From assembly GCF_009914755.1 (NCBI RefSeq), contig NC_060932.1: 64,000 nt of DNA, one strand, 5' to 3'. Under the pieces are notes generated by a model. The model had not been told where the DNA came from. It did no database searches and saw nothing but the letters and a program-made list of their open reading frames with translations. Of this stretch, positions 58,727 through 64,000 are shown piece after piece. The position numbers were made by a program, and so were the translations under genes. This DNA comes from the human T2T-CHM13v2.0 reference genome, Homo sapiens. Every line of letters starts with the position of its first letter. The stretch's first letter is position 1.

Positions 58727-61700
58727 TTGCTCTTTTACTGTGAATCTTGGAAAGCGAATTAACTTGGCATGGCAGAAGATAAATTCTAAGATACCTTGGC
58801 AGGTATGCCTGCTCCCCAATCACAGCCTTTTAGAAGTCAATAAAAGGCTGCAGAGAACAGACATGTTTTCAAACAGTGAGTTTGAAAACACTACACTGAT
58901 AATATAATGTTAAATTCAACAACGTTTGTAATACTTTTCTGCATCTCTTGCAGTTTTTCTCATTAATACAGAGATACTTATGTTTGATGGCCTTTGGCAA
59001 CTCCTTAAATCATTTAAAAAATGAGATTAAATATATAATATATAATTTACATTATATGTTTTATGTAAATAATTTGTATATATAATTTATGTTACACATA
59101 TGTATATATAAATATATAAATTGGGTCTTCTTTATCATTTCTGCCTGATACCACCACCATTACCATCACCACCAAACTTGATTGTTGCTTATAAATTGAA
59201 AAACTGAATTTGTTCATATGTAATTTTTCGTATCCTACTTTTGAGATTTCCTTAGAAAGTTAAGAGACTGTCCAAAATGCTGACCTATTCATTCAGATTC
59301 TCAAACATTTGTCTGTTTAAAATAACTAATATCTCATTTTTCCTTGGAAGTAAGGAAAAAAATGTATATTTTTAAATTTGCCAAAATATTGTCATCTGAC
59401 TTACACAAACTCTGATGAAAGCCTTTGACTGGACAGTAAAAGGAAAGCTCTTAAAATAAAACAGTAATGAACCTTGTAAGAGTAGACAACTTCCATAGAA
59501 CAAAAAAATGTATACAAAGGGAGGAAAATGAATGAGAGAAATGTCTGGTACAGAATCTCTGGCCCCATGCTGACTTTTTAGTAAAGGACAAGTCTAGGTA
59601 CAATTAGCAGTTGTGTCTTTTTATCACTGAACCTATACAAAAGTACTTCCAAGGAGAATTATTTAGTGTTGTGAACACTTAGTCCTGGGTAGACTGTATT
59701 TTAAGGCTCATATTTTTTTTGTCTTTTTTTTACTGTGTTATTTTATTGTATATGACTTAAAGGTAGGGTAAGAGAAGTGTATGCTGAGGGAGTGGAAGTT
59801 ATATGTTTTAGGGTGTAGGATGGAGATAGAAAGGTTGCAATTTCCTGACATAGGAAATTAGTATATGTAAATATTAATATGTGGAAGTAATATATGCAAA
59901 TATATTACTTTGCAATATATTTAAACAGTGAGATTAAATTTGCAGTATATTGCAATATATTGCAAAGTAATATATGTAAATATTAAAACATACATATACG
60001 TTAGAATTTCCTGGTTCTTAGTTTTAAAAAAGAGCTAAAGATATTCATAAGTAAATCTTCCTGGTCTCATGCTTTCTAAGGGGGAAAAATTTTTGTTAAC
60101 TGCTATTTATAGATACTGATGATTGTTCATGGAATAGAATATGTATCATTGATTGGTTCTGGTTCTGGTTTCACTCCCTTCTGTCTTCCCTCACCCCCTA
60201 AACACGGAGGATGGTGGACAATAAGCATATACATTACTTGCTTTATGATGAATTTAAAGTAGAATGATGGAGTAAAATATTGAAATACACTAGTACATAA
60301 TTTCAAAAAGTGTAGCATAGATACGTAGTTTATGGTCTTGAGAAAACAATATTGACTTGGAACCAAAATGAGTTAAAATTGTATGTTTTGTAGCACATAA
60401 TGAAGATCTTCATGGCAACCTAAAGGTCCTCATAGGTGACTGTCATTTCAAGCCAGAAAATATTAGTAGGATAAGCAATAACATTCATTTCAAATACAGG
60501 AAAATATCCTAAGGATATGCACTTAAAAGCATGAAAGATAAAGCATCATTAAAATAATGTAATAACCCAACCTTATTATCACAGTAAATCACCGTAGGAT
60601 AGAAGCTGTTTTCTGCCTTTTAATACTGTGTATTGTAGGATGATTCATACACCTTCATGTTTCTTTTGCCCCAAATAAATTATGTCATTTTAATTAAATT
60701 TTTTGAAAATCTTCAACATTGGAGATTAGTATATGTCATTATACAGTATTTACATTCATGAAAGGTACTTTGGCATGTACACATTGTGATTTATCAGTAG
60801 AAATTTATTTCTTGTGACCATTCAAAGTTACAGATGGCTTTGAGTTCAAATGGGGGTAGAAAAGGGTCTTTTTTCATCCACATTTATTTGAATAAAATTA
60901 TATAACTTTTAGTATATACATATAATCTTTATTTTTTTCTCTTTAAAAATGAGAAGCAAGTAATTTCTGATAATATTTTTTTCAATGAAATAATGTTGTT
61001 TTTGGATGGCCCCAGACAGTTCTGCTCATCAGGCAACTATGTCATTTGGCCATTTGGAGTTAGTTATGGTTTTTGCAAACAGGTATTTCTATGTATAGCC
61101 ATTTGTGTAAAGAGTTAGGAAAACAGAAAATAAAATGAATTCGTATATTTTTAGGATATACTTAATATATCTAATTCTTAATTTTCTGTAGTAGGAGTAA
61201 GCAGTGGCCTCAAAAACTCAAAGTACATTTTAAAACTACTCATATATGGATAGATTTTAGCATTTGAATGTTCTTGGCTGAGTTTTTGCTTATCTTATTA
61301 TAAAGTCACAATTGAATAAGACTCACTGTGAAGTTCCATACATGGATCTACTACACTTCATGCACGGCTCATCTCCTTAATCCAACTCAATAGTGGTTAT
61401 AAATACTTGTTGAAATTGTTATCCTCAATGCATAATTTCCTTTCCATGGAATTAAAGACTTAGTCTTAAGCTTTTTGTTGTTGCTGTTGCTGAAATGACT
61501 GTAAAGATACGTCTTACCTTTCCTTTTTTTTGTAACTAAAGCAGTATATAGATTGAGTATAAATGAAAGAAATAATGATAGTATTTCTGTATAACACTGA
61601 AACCAAGTTTTAAAAAATGAACAATAAATAATTCACTTGTGAATAGTAGAAATGCAGTGTATAAATTCACTGATATGCATGTCTGCTGTTACTCTGCTGA

Positions 61701-62364
61701 TTTATACCACCTGTTTATTAAGTAATGTCATTAAATTACTTACAACTTGAAAACATTTTTATATTTTAAAAACATGGAATATACAAAGGATTGTATAAAA
61801 TGTGTATAGAATATTACATATTTTCTGCATAGTTAGCATTAAAATTTTCACTTTCACTAGCAGCTTATTTTCATATTCAGCTGATTAAGATACCTTCAAA
61901 TTAACTCGTGGTCTTATTTAAATTTTGTTTTCAAAGCTGTATCAACTGCATAGTGGAAATCTATGAAATAATTATGAACCCAAAGTGTTGACAGCATGTA
62001 ATGGTTATTTTTCTTTTTTTAAATACAATGTGAAATGTTTTCCCCAAACCAAATCGCTTATGAAAGTTCGTTGTATAGAATAGTTAAAAGCAAAGTTGCT
62101 GTAGTTACAGTGGGCGTGAACATCTTGACCCTTTGGAAAACTATAGGATCTGAGCAGTTTGTTTTGAAAAACAAGGAAAATAGACGGTTAAAGGAGGATG
62201 CCTTGAGCCAATGGTGTTCTCAGCTCACCACAGGGCGATGGCAACCTCTAGATGTGAGAAAGATAACATGTGGTTATGTTCAGTTGTGTTTATTGAATGC
62301 TTGCCTGCTATATAAATGCTGAAAGTAAGTGTTCTCCCACTGCAGTGAGGTGGAAGGATTGGTA

Positions 62365-62460
62365 TCTGTTTTGTACATGTAGCCACAGCATTTAGAATTG
62401 TGCCTGGCATGTAGAAAGTGTTTAGTAAATATTTGTTGAGTGAGTGAAAGTTACATGAAT
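62365..62460 (+). mobile_element. L2 3' end
   Basis: tagaattgtgcctggcatgtag...taaatatttgttgagtgagtgaa. Confidence 0.7.
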
Positions 62461-63399
62461 AAATAGGTTTAAGGACATTTTAAGACATGGTTGTTTTTTT
62501 TCACTGTTACTTATAGCATTGTAGGTCATGGCTGGGACTAGTACATTTTTTTTCTAGAAATCTTAACTTACATATTCACATATTGATCAGTCTTAGAATA
62601 GTGATTCTTTGTTTCAGTGCATTTACCTTTTCTATGTTTGTTCATGTTTATTCATTTGTTGACCATTCAACAAGAGTTTGAAAGCTACGTGTATCAAAAT
62701 CTATGAAGAACCATGTGGAGATACAAAGATAAGACAAGTGAAAAAGACTAGCACGTGAGCCCTGCCCACAGGGACCTTACATGTGTAGTGAGGAAGGTAA
62801 ATCAGATATGTATATCAGTAACATACAAATGCTTTGATGAACATATGTCCAAAATCTTGGTGTCCCAAGATGGTATTATTTGTGACTCTCAAAGAAAACA
62901 CAAATGTCCAAAACAAAATACTTCCAAAAGGACTAGCTTTGAGGGTGTTCTTTGAATTAACTGCAACAAATATCTGAGTAGCTGTTTTATTCTTACTCTT
63001 TTCAGGATTATTGTCTAGTGTCACTTTTGTCCTGAAGCCAGAGTTCAAAAAGAACCATTTATGATGCTGTATGAAACTTTAGATACCTGAGTGTCTGGTT
63101 CTCTGGAGAAACAAAAAAATAAGCAGAGTTTTTGGTTAGAAACTTCACAAGTCTCGAGTCTCGGGATGTATGCTGGTGGTAAATGGATAAGTTTCCCAAG
63201 TGGAAAGCTTCTAAAAAGCAGAGTAGAGTATTTTGCAATCTTGTGAATTAGAAGTTACAATTTGGGACCCACTGGACTCTTATTGGAAAACCTTCAGTGG
63301 TTGAGATCAAATGTAGACAGAGCTTTGCCAGGGCCATATCCAGCCATGGCTCAGTACATTCCCCAATTAGATTAGGGTGATAACACATCACTATTAAGG

Positions 63400-64000
63400 T
63401 TGACAATATCAAGGAAGTTGAACAACTTTAAACCAGCAAACAAAACCAACACAAGAAGAATGAGAAAGTCTTCATACTCCAGTATGGATTGAATCCATTG
63501 CTGAAACAATTGAATCCAACATTGCTAAAACTTTCATTCCATGATGACTAACTCTTCTAAACAATTGAGACGGAATAATACTCATCTTAGGTAAACTTTT
63601 CTGTGAATAAAAAAAGAGGAAGTGCCTCTATTGTCTGAAGCAAGACTAACTTTGATTCTAAAATCTGACGGGGACATTTAAAAATAGAAAACTGATAGGC
63701 CAGTCTTTCTCATGGATATAGATGCATTTATTCTAAACAAAAAAATTACAGACAGTAATAAATAAAAATGGTAATACATTGTCAAGTTATTTCACTAATA
63801 CAAGAATGGTTTACCATGTGAAAATTATCAGTGTAATTCTCTGTGCTAATAAACAAAAAAATATGATCATCTTTGATACATGCATATCAGCACTTAATAG
63901 GTTCAGTGTTTATGTGGGAATAAGAGAAAAAACAAAATAGAAGGGAATTTCCTTAATCTGATTAAAAAACATACAGTAAACATCATATTTGGCAACTTCC
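63400..64000 (+). mobile_element. Ancient L1 ORF2 remnant, runs off the window
   Basis: gaaaactgataggccagtct...catggatatagatgca...aatagaagggaatttccttaatctgat...aaacatcatatt. Confidence 0.65.

Noticed and set aside
58864-58890. 11-bp hairpin TGTTTTCAAAC-agtga-GTTTGAAAACA as a terminator-like element
   Set aside because: Intrinsic terminators do not apply in a human intron; it is short and may be part of a MER5-like transposon end

Overview
Human (primate) genomic DNA, AT-rich and almost entirely intronic. It contains four consecutive internal coding exons (2-5) of TUSC3 (N33; oligosaccharyltransferase OST3/OST6-family thioredoxin-like subunit) on the + strand: 17333-17502, 44951-45068, 53761-53901 and 56409-56549. 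They splice in frame to 190 codons that include the CSVC redox motif and the first transmembrane segment. The rest is interspersed repeats: about 12 Alu/FLAM elements, old L1/L2/MIR pieces, Tigger and MER58 DNA transposons, many solo LTRs, one complete MaLR (MST-like) provirus and a decayed ERVL-class pol region. I found no prokaryote-type system (no CRISPR, operon, rRNA or tRNA) and nothing I can claim as a new biological system. The most notable unexplained structures are a 10-copy 47/50-bp minisatellite packed with TCACGTGA E-box palindromes and TCATGTG M-box cores, an apparent excess of sense-oriented intronic LTRs (several with damaged poly(A) signals), several template-switch-type inverted repeats, and two atypical Alu insertions. 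Repeat subfamily names come from recalled consensus sequences and need RepeatMasker/Dfam confirmation.
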